From: Octopus sinensis
Taxonomy: Eukaryota
Length of the DNA: 64,000 bases
Direction: 5' to 3'
Assembly: GCF_006345805.1 (NCBI RefSeq)
Contig: NC_043001.1
Span: 81,096,001-81,160,000, forward strand
Shown here: piece by piece, positions 42,110-53,870 of the stretch
How positions within the stretch are numbered: position 1 is the first letter of the stretch
Layout of the letters: each line of letters opens with the position of its first letter
Made by a program: the position numbers and the translations under genes
Notes under the pieces: generated by a model
Databases searched by the model: none
What the model saw: only the letters and a program-made list of their open reading frames with translations
What the model was told of the DNA's origin: nothing

Positions 42110-42680
42110 AGCTTGGTATGTAGTTAAGAAGCTTGCTTTGGAATCACATGGTTTTGGGTTCAGTCCCACTGCACTGCACCTTGAGGAAGTGTTTTTTTTA
42201 CCTATAACACTGAGCCAACCAATGCCTTGTGAGTGAATTTGATAGACAGAAACAGTGTGGAAGCCCATTATGTATGTATGTGTGGACATAAATATATATA
42301 GGTGCAGGACTGGCTGTGTGGTAAGTAGCTTGCTTACCAACCACGTTATTCTAGGTTCAGTCCCATTGGGTGGCACCTTGGGCAAACATCTCCTGCTATA
42401 GTCTTGGGCTGATGAAAGCCTTGTGAGTGGATTTGGTAGATGGAAACTGAAAGTCTGTCGTATATATAGTTGTGTGTGTGTATTTTTGTGTGTCTATGTT
42501 TGTCCCCCCACCATCACTTGACAACCGATGTTGGCATGTTTACGTCCCTGTATCTTAGCAGTTCAGCAAAAGTGACCGATAAAATAAGTACTAGGATTGC
42601 AAAGAATAAGTCCTGGGGTTGATTTGTTCGACTAAAGGGGGTGGCCACAGTCAAATGACTGAAACAAATAGTGTACATGC

Positions 42681-42714
<34 letters not shown>

Positions 42715-42930
42715 TTGTCATGGCCAGCCTTACCACTTGACAACTGGTGCTGGTTTATTTACATCCCTATAATGTAGCAGTTTGGCCAAAGTGGCTGATA
42801 GAATATGTATCAGACTTAGAAATAAGTACTGGTAGTGTCAGAGGTTGGAGAGAATGTGTTCAACTAAAATCCTTCAGGGTGGTACTTAAGCATGATCACA
42901 GTCCTCTGACTGAAACAAGTAAAAGAATGT
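42110..42930 (+). mobile_element. Cluster of SINE family A copies (head, full copy 42300-42672, tail)
   Basis: Family consensus similarity. Confidence 0.75.
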
Positions 42931-43303
42931 AGGACTAAATACTGGATTGATACTTGTTTTATTCATCCATGGTGAGTGGAAGGTAAAGTCAACCTCAGTT
43001 AGTAGTAGTGCCGCTATGGTGGTAATATAATAGTAGTAGTGGTGATGGCATTGGCGGTAGCCCCACAGTGTCATCATAATGGTGCTGGCAGTATTATGGG
43101 GATAACAGTGTGAGTGTATAGGCTGTTGTAATAGAGGTAACAAATGTCAATGTAAGAGTGACAGTAATAGCAGTTTTAACGTTGTTAGTTAAAGAGGTAG
43201 TATTAGAATCATTGCAGTGGAGGTGATTCTGTTGAGGTTTATGAGGTTCATGTTCAATTTTTAACATCTGACAGTTATGAGGAACAGTGACTGGTTATAG
43301 TGT

Positions 43304-44566
43304 TTAACCATTTTGATACCAACCCACCTGAGAGTGCTCTCAGTTCTATGATACAAACTTCCCCATTTTAAAGGGATTTAAATTACAATTTTCCTTCAAA
43401 ATTTCATGTTATGTTCTAAACATCAGCTTAATAATGACAGTTATTATACTAAACTTTGCATTATTTTTGAAAATTAATTTAAACAAAGACAGTATATTTC
43501 AAAATAAATATGGTAACAAAAGGGTTAAAGTGATCTAAATTAAAATCTTCCATCAAAGTTTAATGTTATGCTCTAAACATCAGCTTAATATTGACAGTTA
43601 TTTTACTCAATATTTCATTATTTTTAAAATTAATTTAAACAAAGACAGTATATTTCAACATAAATATGGTAATAAAAAGGTTAGAGTGATCTAAATAATA
43701 AATCTTCCATGAAAACTTCATGTTAATTTATGTTCCAATTATCAGCTTAATAATGGTAATGTTATTTTACTAAATCCTACTCCGTTTTCAAAATTGACTG
43801 AAACAAAACATAAATATGGTAATGAAAGAGTTAACTCTTTTGATACCTACCTGCTTGAGAATGTCCTTGCGTCTATGTTACAAATTTCATGTCTAATGTT
43901 GTCTAAATAAAAACATTCCATCAAAATTCCTTAATTTATGTTCCAAGCAACTTTATTAAAAGTAATTGACAAAGTTATTTTCCTTCGTTCTTCATTATTT
44001 TCAAAATAACTGAAGCAAAAGCAATCTATTTTGACAGAAATTTAGTAACAAAAGGGTTAACGTGATCTAAATTAAAACCTTCCTTCAAAATTCCATGTTA
44101 ATTTACATTACAAATATCAGCTTAATAATGAAGATATTTCACTAAATTCTTCATTAATTTCAGAATTAACTGAAACAAAGTAGTATAGTTCAAAATAAAA
44201 TATGGTAACTAAAGAATTAAAGTGATCTAAATTAAAATCTTTCATCAAAATTCAGTGCTATGCTCTAAGCATTAACTTAATATTAACAGTTATTTTGCAC
44301 AATTTTTCATTGTTTCAAAAATTAATTTAAACAAAGGCAGTATATTTCATCATCAATATGATAACAGAGGTTAAAGTGATCTAAGTTCAAAACTTTCCAT
44401 CAAAATTTCATGAGTGGCTGTGTGGTGAGTAGCTTGCTTACCAACCACATGGTTCAGGGTTCAGTCCCACTGCATGGCATCTTGGGCAAGTGTCTTCTAC
44501 TATAGCCTCGGGCTGACCAAAGCCTTGTGACTGGATTTGGTAGACGGAAACTGAAAGAAGCCTGTC

Positions 44567-44624
<58 letters not shown>

Positions 44625-44938
44625 TTTTCTCCCTAGCATTGCTTGACAACTGATGCTGGTGTGTTTATGTCCCCGTCACTTAGCGGTTCGGCAAAAGAGA
44701 CCGATAGAATAAGTACTAGGCTTACAAAAAATAAGTCCTGGGGTCAATTTGCTCGACTAAAACTGGTGCTCCAGCATGGCCACAGTCGAATGACTGAAAC
44801 AAGTAAAAGAGAGTTATGTTTCAAACTCTAGTTTGATAATGACAAAGTTATTCCTCTAAATTCTTTATCATTTTCAAATTTAATTGAAACATAGGTAGTA
44901 CATTTCAAGAGAAATCTATCTGGTAACAAAATGATTAA
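43304..44938 (+). repeat. piggyBac-like MITE family expanded into a ~155-bp tandem satellite, interrupted by a SINE
   Basis: Heads ttaaccattttgatacc (43304) and ttaactcttttgatacc (~43831). Units end aaagggttaa and restart gtgatctaaatt at 43530, 43686, 44062, 44222 and 44376. Confidence 0.7.
44412..44812 (+). mobile_element. SINE family A, full length, young, inserted in the satellite
   Basis: Splits a unit at aaaatttcat|gttatgtt, with CpGs retained. Confidence 0.85.
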
Positions 44939-45429
44939 ATGCCAGATTTGGTTGTAAGACATTGGAATAATGAAAGTATAACACAGATGTGACAGATGAG
45001 CCTGTGTCAGGTAGTGTATGTTGTAACTAATGGAAGTTTGCATTTGGTGTATATATACTGTAGTGAGAAAAACAGTGTGGAAAAAAGAGAGTTTGGAAGG
45101 AGATTTATTGTGTGTGAATGTTTGTGTATTGGAAATAAAATTAGAAAATCTTGAAATTTTATCAGTGATAGTGCTACTTATAGAGTCTTATCTTGACTGA
45201 AGGATGGTGGAGATCTTCATGGCAAGATTTGGTCATCTTTTTAGTATTACAGTTGTAACTAAATAACTACCAAGTGGTACAAATGACTGACCCCCTCCCA
45301 GCATTTTCCTTTATTGTTGCAGCACAGCTTGATAATTTGGTGGGGCTGTGGACTTTTGGTTGCACGTAGGATGTAAGGGAGGAACCCACCTAATTGTAGG
45401 TTTTGGTTTTCAATATTTCTTCTTCTATA

Positions 45430-45630
45430 AGGTGCTAAGCTGGCAGAATCATTAGCATGCCAGGCATTTCATCCGTCCTTACATTCTGAGTTCAAATTCT
45501 ACCAAGGTCAACTTTATCTTTCATCCTTTCAGAGTCTATAAAATTTGTACCAGTTAAGTACTGTGGTTGATTTAATAAACTTACCCACTTCCCTGCTGAA
45601 ACTGCTGACCTTGTGCTAAAATTTGAAATC
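45430..45630 (+). mobile_element. SINE family B
   Basis: Family consensus similarity. Confidence 0.7.
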
Positions 45631-45779
45631 AATATTTGTTCTGCTGTCTGCAATTGGGCTGTCTTCAACACATTCACCCACCTTTCAACAAAAATGCATG
45701 GGGAGCAATACTTACCTCTCTACCCTTACTTTCCTTTTCAAGTATACCTTGAAAAAGTTGATTAGGGCTTGACTGAAGA

Positions 45780-46140
45780 GGAAATAACAACAACAACAAC
45801 AATATGCAGAGACCCCCCTTCAGTCACGAATGACCATGGGATTGCACCTAGAAAATCACCCTGCCAGGCACAAGTCCAGGTAAGGTTGTTTATGGAAGAC
45901 CAGCATACCAGCCTCCCTTCTCCACGCCACCAATGATATCCAAGGGAAAGGCAATAGCCGATACAGCTTGGCATCAGTGACATTTCTACAGCTCATTTCT
46001 ACAGCTGAGTGAACTGGAGCAATGTGAAATAAAGTGTCTTGCTCAAGAACACAACACACAGCCTGGTCCGGGATTCAAACTCACAACCTCACGATCATAA
46101 GATCGACACTGTAACCACTGAGCCATGTGCCTTCACAGCA
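45780..46140 (-). mobile_element. tRNA-derived SINE family D
   Basis: A-box tggctcagtggt and B-box gtttgaatccc, then gtgttcttgagcaagacactttatttcac. A related copy lies at ~34860-35335 (-). Confidence 0.7.
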
Positions 46141-46164
46141 ACAACAACAACAACAACAATAATA

Positions 46165-46380
46165 ATAATGGTTTCAAACATTGGCACAAGACCAGCAATT
46201 TCAGGGGAGGAGGCAAATCAATTACATCAACCCTAGTGCTCAACTAGTACTTATCTTATCGACCTTGAAAGGATGGAAAGGAAAGTTAACTTCAGCAGAA
46301 TTTGAAATTGGAACATTAAAACAAACAAAATACTGCTAAGCATTTTGCTTGGCATGCTAACAATTCTGCCAGCTCACCAT
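46165..46380 (-). mobile_element. SINE family B
   Basis: Family consensus similarity. Confidence 0.7.
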
Positions 46381-46849
46381 CTCAATGATGATGATAATAG
46401 TAATAATGATAGTAATGATAATAATAAATAGTAAGCTGTATGACCATAAACTAAATAGTAGTTTAACTTCACCTCAATACAAACAACAAAATAATAGGAA
46501 GAGAACAACAAGTGGATCCTACAACAGAAAAGAATGAAGAAAGCAGCAGTTGTGTAAGAGACCAATGCATAGCTGTGGTGCAATATTTTCATCATTTCCT
46601 TATAGATTGAGTTATATATTGGAAATTCAATTAGACCAAACAGATAATTAGAAAAATTGTGTGTTGGTGGTGATAACAGAGGCTTATTGTTGATAGTCCT
46701 TCACATCTGCTTGTCTTCATTTCTATCTTGTTTGTCTAACTTAACACTGCTCTCACTTTCTTTGTATATCAGTCACTAACAGACACACTCATTCATTCTA
46801 CACACACACATACAAACACATATAAACATATGCATGTGTGTATAGTTTA

Positions 46850-46889
<40 letters not shown>

Positions 46890-46983
46890 CACCATCTCTT
46901 TTCTCTCCATCATGCTTTTGAGATCCATTTCCTTATTGTTTCACCATTCCATCTTTGAAAATTATTTGCTTTCATGATTTTCT

Positions 46984-47048
<65 letters not shown>

Positions 47049-47539
47049 CCCCTCTTTCTCTTCTTCCTCCTCTCTCTTATCTACATGTTGATCACTGCCA
47101 TCCATACACCCATCTTCACCACCAACACACAAGCTCATCCCACCCCCTTCCTATGCTTGCCACCTCTAACATGGTTAACTTGATAAACTAAAATGAAATA
47201 TAAACATTTGATAAATTACTTTTGTGTGTGTGTGTGTGTATGTGTATTTTGTTTTATGCAATAGTGAGTATTATGCCATAGGCCTACATTTTGTGTGTCT
47301 GTGTGTATGTATGCATATGTGCATATATGTTCACATATATGTATGTATATATAAGTATACATATGTATATGTGTCTATGTGTGTGTGTGTATACGTATGA
47401 TTGTATGTCTGTATATGCATGTGTGCCTGTATATGTTTAAATATGCGTATTTCTGTGCTTTATATTTTGGTGCTTGTGTGTGTGTGTGTGTGTGTGTGTG
47501 TTTACTGTATGGAGTATTTTAATATTCTGTGTTTATTAT

Positions 47540-48100
47540 TTTCAAAAGAATCATCATTATCATCATCGTTCTATTATCATCACTTTCCAAAGAATTATCA
47601 CCATCACTGTCTTCCAAAGAACTACCACTATCACTCAGCACTACTTCCATCATCATCATCAGCAGCAGCATCACTATCATCACCATGATGTTCTAAAAGA
47701 TTTATTACCGTCATGCTTTCATATCGTCATTATCATAATCAGAATCCTATTTTTTTTTTCCTTCCTCTCCTCTTCATCATCATTGTCATCATCTTCATTG
47801 TAATTGTTGAAAGTCATCGTCATCATCATTGTCATCATCATCGTATTCATCTTCATCTCAGTTATCAGTATCCTCATCATATTCATCCTCCCCACCATCA
47901 CCATCATATTACTGTCCTCATTATCATGTTCATCATTATCATTGTATCATCATCATCATATTTATCATCACTATCACCAGTATGATCATATTCAATTTCA
48001 TCATCACTATCGTCATCATCATCATATTCATCATCAACATTGTCCTTATTATATCCATTGCTATCATCATCATCATTATCATGATGATCAGCATCAAATT
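47540..48100. repeat. Degenerate (ATC)n tract
   Basis: Direct reading. It explains the His/Ile/Ser-rich ORFs. Confidence 0.85.
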
Positions 48101-48621
48101 ATTTGCTTTTCATATATATTGTCTAAGATAGCCACACATACACACACACATGTACAGAATTTGTGTGTGTGTGTGTGTGAATATGTGCAAAGACATTCCT
48201 GCACAACTGAGATAACAGCCCCCACTACCCCATGTTTACAGCATTATATCCTAGCCTACTGCTGCAGTATTTGAACCAGTGTTAATTAAAAGGCTAATCT
48301 GGCTGTTGTTTGATGGTTTTGCAAGGGAGAGGAGTTTAATTAATGAAGTGCTGCTCTTACCACCACCTCCACCACCACAATCACCACCATCCCCACCACT
48401 GCAATCACTACCATCTTAAGCCATGTTCTTTTTCTTAAAAAGTAACCAAAGTATAGTGATGCTGGTGATTATTATGATGATGATGTTGATGGTTGGGGAA
48501 TAGGAAGTTGTTTATGTTTCTGTTTTGGTTTTTTGTTGTTGTGTTCATGTAGCATTTGTTGATTTGCTGTTTGTTGTTTATTTTGTTTTTAACCACAAAT
48601 AAACACCAACCACTATTATTA

Positions 48622-48655
<34 letters not shown>

Positions 48656-49593
48656 CAGTATTATTAAGCAACAAGAACAACTATTGCTCACACTGCTGAA
48701 AACCATCATACAAATATGAAATGCAATAACAGCCTTCTTAAACAATAACAACAACAACAACATATTTGTTGTCATCATTATAGACAACAGCACAACAACA
48801 ACAACAACAACACAACCACCTCAACAGCTATTACTGACAACAACAATAACATCAATAACATCAAACACTGCAACAGCCTATCATAGACAGCAACTCATAA
48901 CAGACAGCAGTAACAACTACCACAATAACCATCACAACTACATCAGTAGTCATCATAGACAAACAACTGCCACCACCACAACCACTTCTATCACCACCAC
49001 AACTACAGAGTACACGAACTTCACCTCTATAACTACAGACAACAATAACACTGCCAGAACCATTAATATTCCTGCCTGCAAGAAATCAAGTCTAAAATAA
49101 GAAATCTGTGAAAATCAGAGAGATATCTAATGCTGCCTGTGATATTTGATGGATCATATATATATATATATATATATATCAGAATCAGACTGGAGTCTGG
49201 TGCAGCTTACCAACCCAGGTCAAACCATTGAACCCATAACATCCCTTGTCCATGCTGGTAAGGGTTCAATGATTTGACCAGGGTTGGTAAGCTGCACCAG
49301 ACTCCAGTCTGATTTGGCATGGTTTTCTACAGCTGGATGCCCTTCCTAATGCCAACCACTCTGAGAGTGTAATGAGAGCTTTTAGATGCCACCAGCATGG
49401 GTGACATTTGCATGACACCAGTATCTGCCACAGCTGTGATTTTGCTTGGCTCAATGGGTCTCCTCAAGCACGACATAATGCCAAAAGCCTAGGTCATTGC
49501 TTCCATGAGGCCTAATACTCAAAAAGAACTCAGCCACTTTGCCTCCCTGAGGACCAACATTATATATATATATATATATATATACATACATGC

Positions 49594-49650
<57 letters not shown>

Positions 49651-49854
49651 TAGATTGATAGACAGACTGACAGGACAGACAGATTGATAGATAATGGTTT
49701 GACTCAGCTCCAGATGATTTAAAGTTTCACGGGCATGTGGAACAGACTTCTCATCAGATATCAGCAGAAGAATAAGAGATTTGAGACACATTCAAGATGG
49801 CTTCTATTGGTCAGCTTAGGTCAAGTGGTGTTAATGACACTTTCATTTGTCCAC

Positions 49855-49886
<32 letters not shown>

Positions 49887-50592
49887 ACGTGTATAAAACA
49901 GTGGTCAAGTTGAAACCGTTGTCATGGCTATTGCTGGTTAATCCAAGGGAAATCATAGTCACAGCCAGAGTCATGTAAATGGCACCCATGCCAGTGGCAC
50001 ATAAAAAGCACCCATTACACTCTTGGAGTGTTTGGCATTAGGAAGAGCATCCAGCCATAGAAACCTTGCCAAATCAGACTGGAACCTGGTGCAGCTCTCT
50101 GGCTTACTAGTTCCAGGCAAACCATCTAACCCATGCCAGTATGGAAAGCAGATGTTAAATGATGATGATATATTATATATATATATATAAATTCTATAAT
50201 TAGGAGTATAATTATAATTAGGGTTCAGTGAAAATTTGCTTCACCACATACTGAAATTTAGAAATAGCAGTTAAAACTACCCTTTATTATTAATAATTTT
50301 ATATATATATATATATAATTAATTAATAAGGGTGAGAGAATTAGATACTAATTTAATAGTATATCTATTCTACACCAAGTGGCCTAGTGCTCCGAGAAAC
50401 CTGGATTATTATAATATTTTATAATATATTATAATATTTTTACAAAATAAATATAAGAGAGTGGTCACTATATGGCTCACTCTAGCACCAGTTAATCCAA
50501 AAGGTTTCAACCACAAAGGTACATGTTTCCCATGAAAGTCAGTACGACTGTTAGCTCACACGGACAGGGCAAATAAAAAATAACAAAATACA

Positions 50593-50684
50593 GATTATTT
50601 TGGGACAATTGTTTCGCTATTAATGAATTAAATGTAATATTACTTACAAAAAAATCCACTTGTAGCTCCTCAGCCAAAACTATC
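50593..50684 (-). ncRNA. Type I hammerhead ribozyme, array unit 1
   Basis: Minus strand reads GAUAGUUUUGG-CUGAGGA-GCUA-(43 nt)-UAGC-GAAAC-AAUU-GUC^-CCAAAAUAAUC. Stem I is UUUUGG/CCAAAA with an extension, stem II is GCUA/UAGC, and stem III is the palindrome ACAAUUGU. Predicted cleavage is between + coordinates 50604 and 50603. Confidence 0.88.
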
Positions 50685-51124
50685 TGGATGAAATCCACTC
50701 AATCGCACGCCAGATTTTACCATAACGATAAATATGCGTGTGGTTCAATTGATTACATCCGACGTTATAATTCAAATGCCCCAACTAACAGCGCGCCAAA
50801 TTTTCACGGAAAACAAATATAGCATTTAGAAATAAATGCAGCATAATTATAATTAATTAATAAGGGTGAGAGAATTAGATACTAATTTAATAGTATATCT
50901 ATTCTACACCAAGTGGCCTAGTGCTCCGAGAAACCTGGATTATTATAATATTTTATAATATATTATAATATTTTTACAAAATAAATATAAGAGAGTGGTC
51001 ACTATATGGCTCACTCTAGCACCAGTTAATCCAAAAGGTTTCAACCACAAAGGTCATGTTTCCCATGAAGTCAGTACGACTGTTAGCTCACACGGACAGG
51101 GCAAATAAAAAATAACAAAATACA

Positions 51125-51216
51125 GATTATTTTGGGACAATTGTTTCGCTATTAATGAATTAAATGTAATATTACTTACAAAAAAATCCACTTGTAGCTC
51201 CTCAGCCAAAACTATC
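51125..51216 (-). ncRNA. Type I hammerhead ribozyme, array unit 2
   Basis: Same 92-nt motif as unit 1, core intact. Confidence 0.88.
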
Positions 51217-51655
51217 TGGATGAAATCCACTCAATCGCACGCCAGATTTTACCATAACGATAAATATGCGTGTGGTTCAATTGATTACATCCGACGTTAT
51301 AATTCAAATGCCCCAACTAACAGCGCGCCAAATTTTCACGGAAAACAAATATAGCATTTAGAAATAAATGCAGCATAATTATAATTAATTAATAAGGGTG
51401 AGAGAATTAGATACTAATTTAATAGTATATCTATTCTACACCAAGTGGCCTAGTGCTCCGAGAAACCTGGATTATTATAATATTTTATAATATATTAATA
51501 TTTTTACAAAATAAATATAGAGAGTGGTCACTATATGGCTCACTCTAGCACCAGTTAATCCAAAAGGTTTCAACCACAAAGGTACATGTTTCCCATGAAA
51601 GTCAGTACGACTGTTAGCTCACACGGACAGGGCAAATAAAAAATAACAAAATACA

Positions 51656-51747
51656 GATTATTTTGGGACAATTGTTTCGCTATTAATGAATTAAATGTAA
51701 TATTACTTACAAAAAAATCCACTTGTAGCTCCTCAGCCAAAACTATC
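51656..51747 (-). ncRNA. Type I hammerhead ribozyme, array unit 3
   Basis: Same 92-nt motif, core intact. Confidence 0.88.
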
Positions 51748-52189
51748 TGGATGAAATCCACTCAATCGCACGCCAGATTTTACCATAACGATAAATATGC
51801 GTGTGGTTCAATTGATTACATCCGACGTTATAATTCAAATGCCCCAACTAACAGCGCGCCAAATTTTCACGGAAAACAAATATAGCATTTAGAATAAAAT
51901 GCAGCATAATTATAATTAATTAATAAGGGTGAGAGAATTAGATACTAATTTAATAGTATATCTATTCTACACCAAGTGGCCTAGTGCTCCGAGAAACCTG
52001 GATTATTATAATATTTTATAATATATTATAATATTTTTACAAAATAAATATAAGAGAGTGGTCACTATATGGCTCACTCTAGCACCAGTTAATCCAAAAG
52101 GTTTCAACCACAAAGGTACATGTTTCCCATGAAAGTCAGTACGACTGTTAGCTCACACGGACAGGGCAAATAAAAAATAACAAAATACA

Positions 52190-52281
52190 GATTATTTTGG
52201 GACAATTGTTTCGCTATTAATGAATTAAATGTAATATTACTTACAAAAAAATCCACTTGTAGCTCCTCAGCCAAAACTATC
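52190..52281 (-). ncRNA. Type I hammerhead ribozyme, array unit 4
   Basis: Same 92-nt motif, core intact. Confidence 0.88.
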
Positions 52282-52719
52282 TGGATGAAATCCACTCAAT
52301 CGCACGCCAGATTTTACCATAACGATAAATATGCGTGTGGTTCAATTGATTACATCCGACGTTATAATTCAAATGCCCCAACTAACAGCGCGCCAAATTT
52401 TCACGGAAAACAAATATAGCATTTAGAAATAAATGCAGCATAATTATAATTAATTAATAAGGGTGAGAGAATTAGATACTAATTTAATAGTAATATATTC
52501 TACACAAGTGGCCTAGTGCTCCGAGAAACCTGGATTATTATAATATTTTATAATATATTATAATATTTTTACAAAATAAATATAAGAGAGTGGTCACTAT
52601 ATGGCTCACTCTAGCACCAGTAATCCAAAAGGTTTCAACCACAAAGGTACATGTTTCCCATGAAAGTCAGTACGACTGTTAGCTCACACGGACGGGCAAA
52701 TAAAAAATAACAAAATACA

Positions 52720-52811
52720 GATTATTTTGGGACAATTGTTTCGCTATTAATGAATTAAATGTAATATTACTTACAAAAAAATCCACTTGTAGCTCCTCAG
52801 CCAAAACTATC
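52720..52811 (-). ncRNA. Type I hammerhead ribozyme, array unit 5
   Basis: Same 92-nt motif, core intact. Confidence 0.88.
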
Positions 52812-53250
52812 TGGATGAAATCCACTCAATCGCACGCCAGATTTTACCATAACGATAAATATGCGTGTGGTTCAATTGATTACATCCGACGTTATAATTC
52901 AAATGCCCCAACTAACAGCGCGCCAAATTTTCACGGAAAACAAATATAGCATTTAGAAATAAATGCAGCATAATTATAATTAATTAATAAGGGTGAGAGA
53001 ATTAGATACTAATTTAATAGTATATCTATTCTACACCAAGTGGCCTAGTGCTCCGAGAAACCTGGATTATTATAATATTTTATAATATATTATAATATTT
53101 TTACAAAATAAATATAAGAGAGTGGTCACTATATGGCTCACTCTAGCACCAGTTAATCCAAAAGGTTTCAACCACAAAGGTACATGTTTCCCATGAAAGT
53201 CAGTACGACTGTAGCTCACGGACAGGGCAAATAAAAAATAACAAAATACA

Positions 53251-53342
53251 GATTATTTTGGGACAATTGTTTCGCTATTAATGAATTAAATGTAATATTA
53301 CTTACAAAAAAATCCACTTGTAGCTCCTCAGCCAAAACTATC
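53251..53342 (-). ncRNA. Type I hammerhead ribozyme, array unit 6
   Basis: Same 92-nt motif, core intact. Confidence 0.88.
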
Positions 53343-53778
53343 TGGATGAAATCCACTCAATCGCACGCCAGATTTTACCATAACGATAAATATGCGTGTG
53401 GTTCAATTGATTACATCCGACGTTATAATTCAAATGCCCCAACTAACAGCGCGCCAAATTTTCACGGAAAACAAATATAGCATTTAGAATAAATGCAGCA
53501 TAATTATAATAATTAATAAGGGTGAGAGAATTAGATACTAATTTAATAGTATATCTATTCAACCAAGTGGCCTAGTGCTCCGAGAAACCTGGATTATTAT
53601 ATATTTTTATAATATATTATAATATTTTTCACAAATAAATATAAGAGAGTGGTCACTATATGGCTCACTCTAGCACCAGTTAATCCAAAAGGTTTCAACC
53701 ACAAAGGTACATGTTTCCCATGAAAGTCAGTACGACTGTTAGCTCACGGACAGGGCAAATAAAAAATAACAAAATACA

Positions 53779-53870
53779 GATTATTTTGGGACAATTGTTT
53801 CGCTATTAATGAATTAAATGTAATATTACTTACAAAAAAATCCACTTGTAGCTCCTCAGCCAAAACTATC
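53779..53870 (-). ncRNA. Type I hammerhead ribozyme, array unit 7
   Basis: Same 92-nt motif, core intact. Confidence 0.88.

Noticed and set aside
46075-46135. tRNA gene
   Set aside because: The A/B boxes belong to a SINE head that continues into SINE body sequence, and no cloverleaf is evident.
50376-50390. tRNA A-box-like TGGCCTAGTGC in the array unit (+ strand)
   Set aside because: No B-box at a suitable distance, and it is on the strand opposite the ribozyme.
50684-50695. CTGGATGA on the + strand as a second (ambisense) hammerhead core
   Set aside because: It is not CUGANGA, and no matching stem II plus GAAA follows.
50507-50698. 63-aa ORF MDFIQIVLAEELQ... repeated at 51570 and 52104
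   Set aside because: It starts at GTG, has no recognisable motif and overlaps the ribozyme. It recurs only because the unit is repeated.
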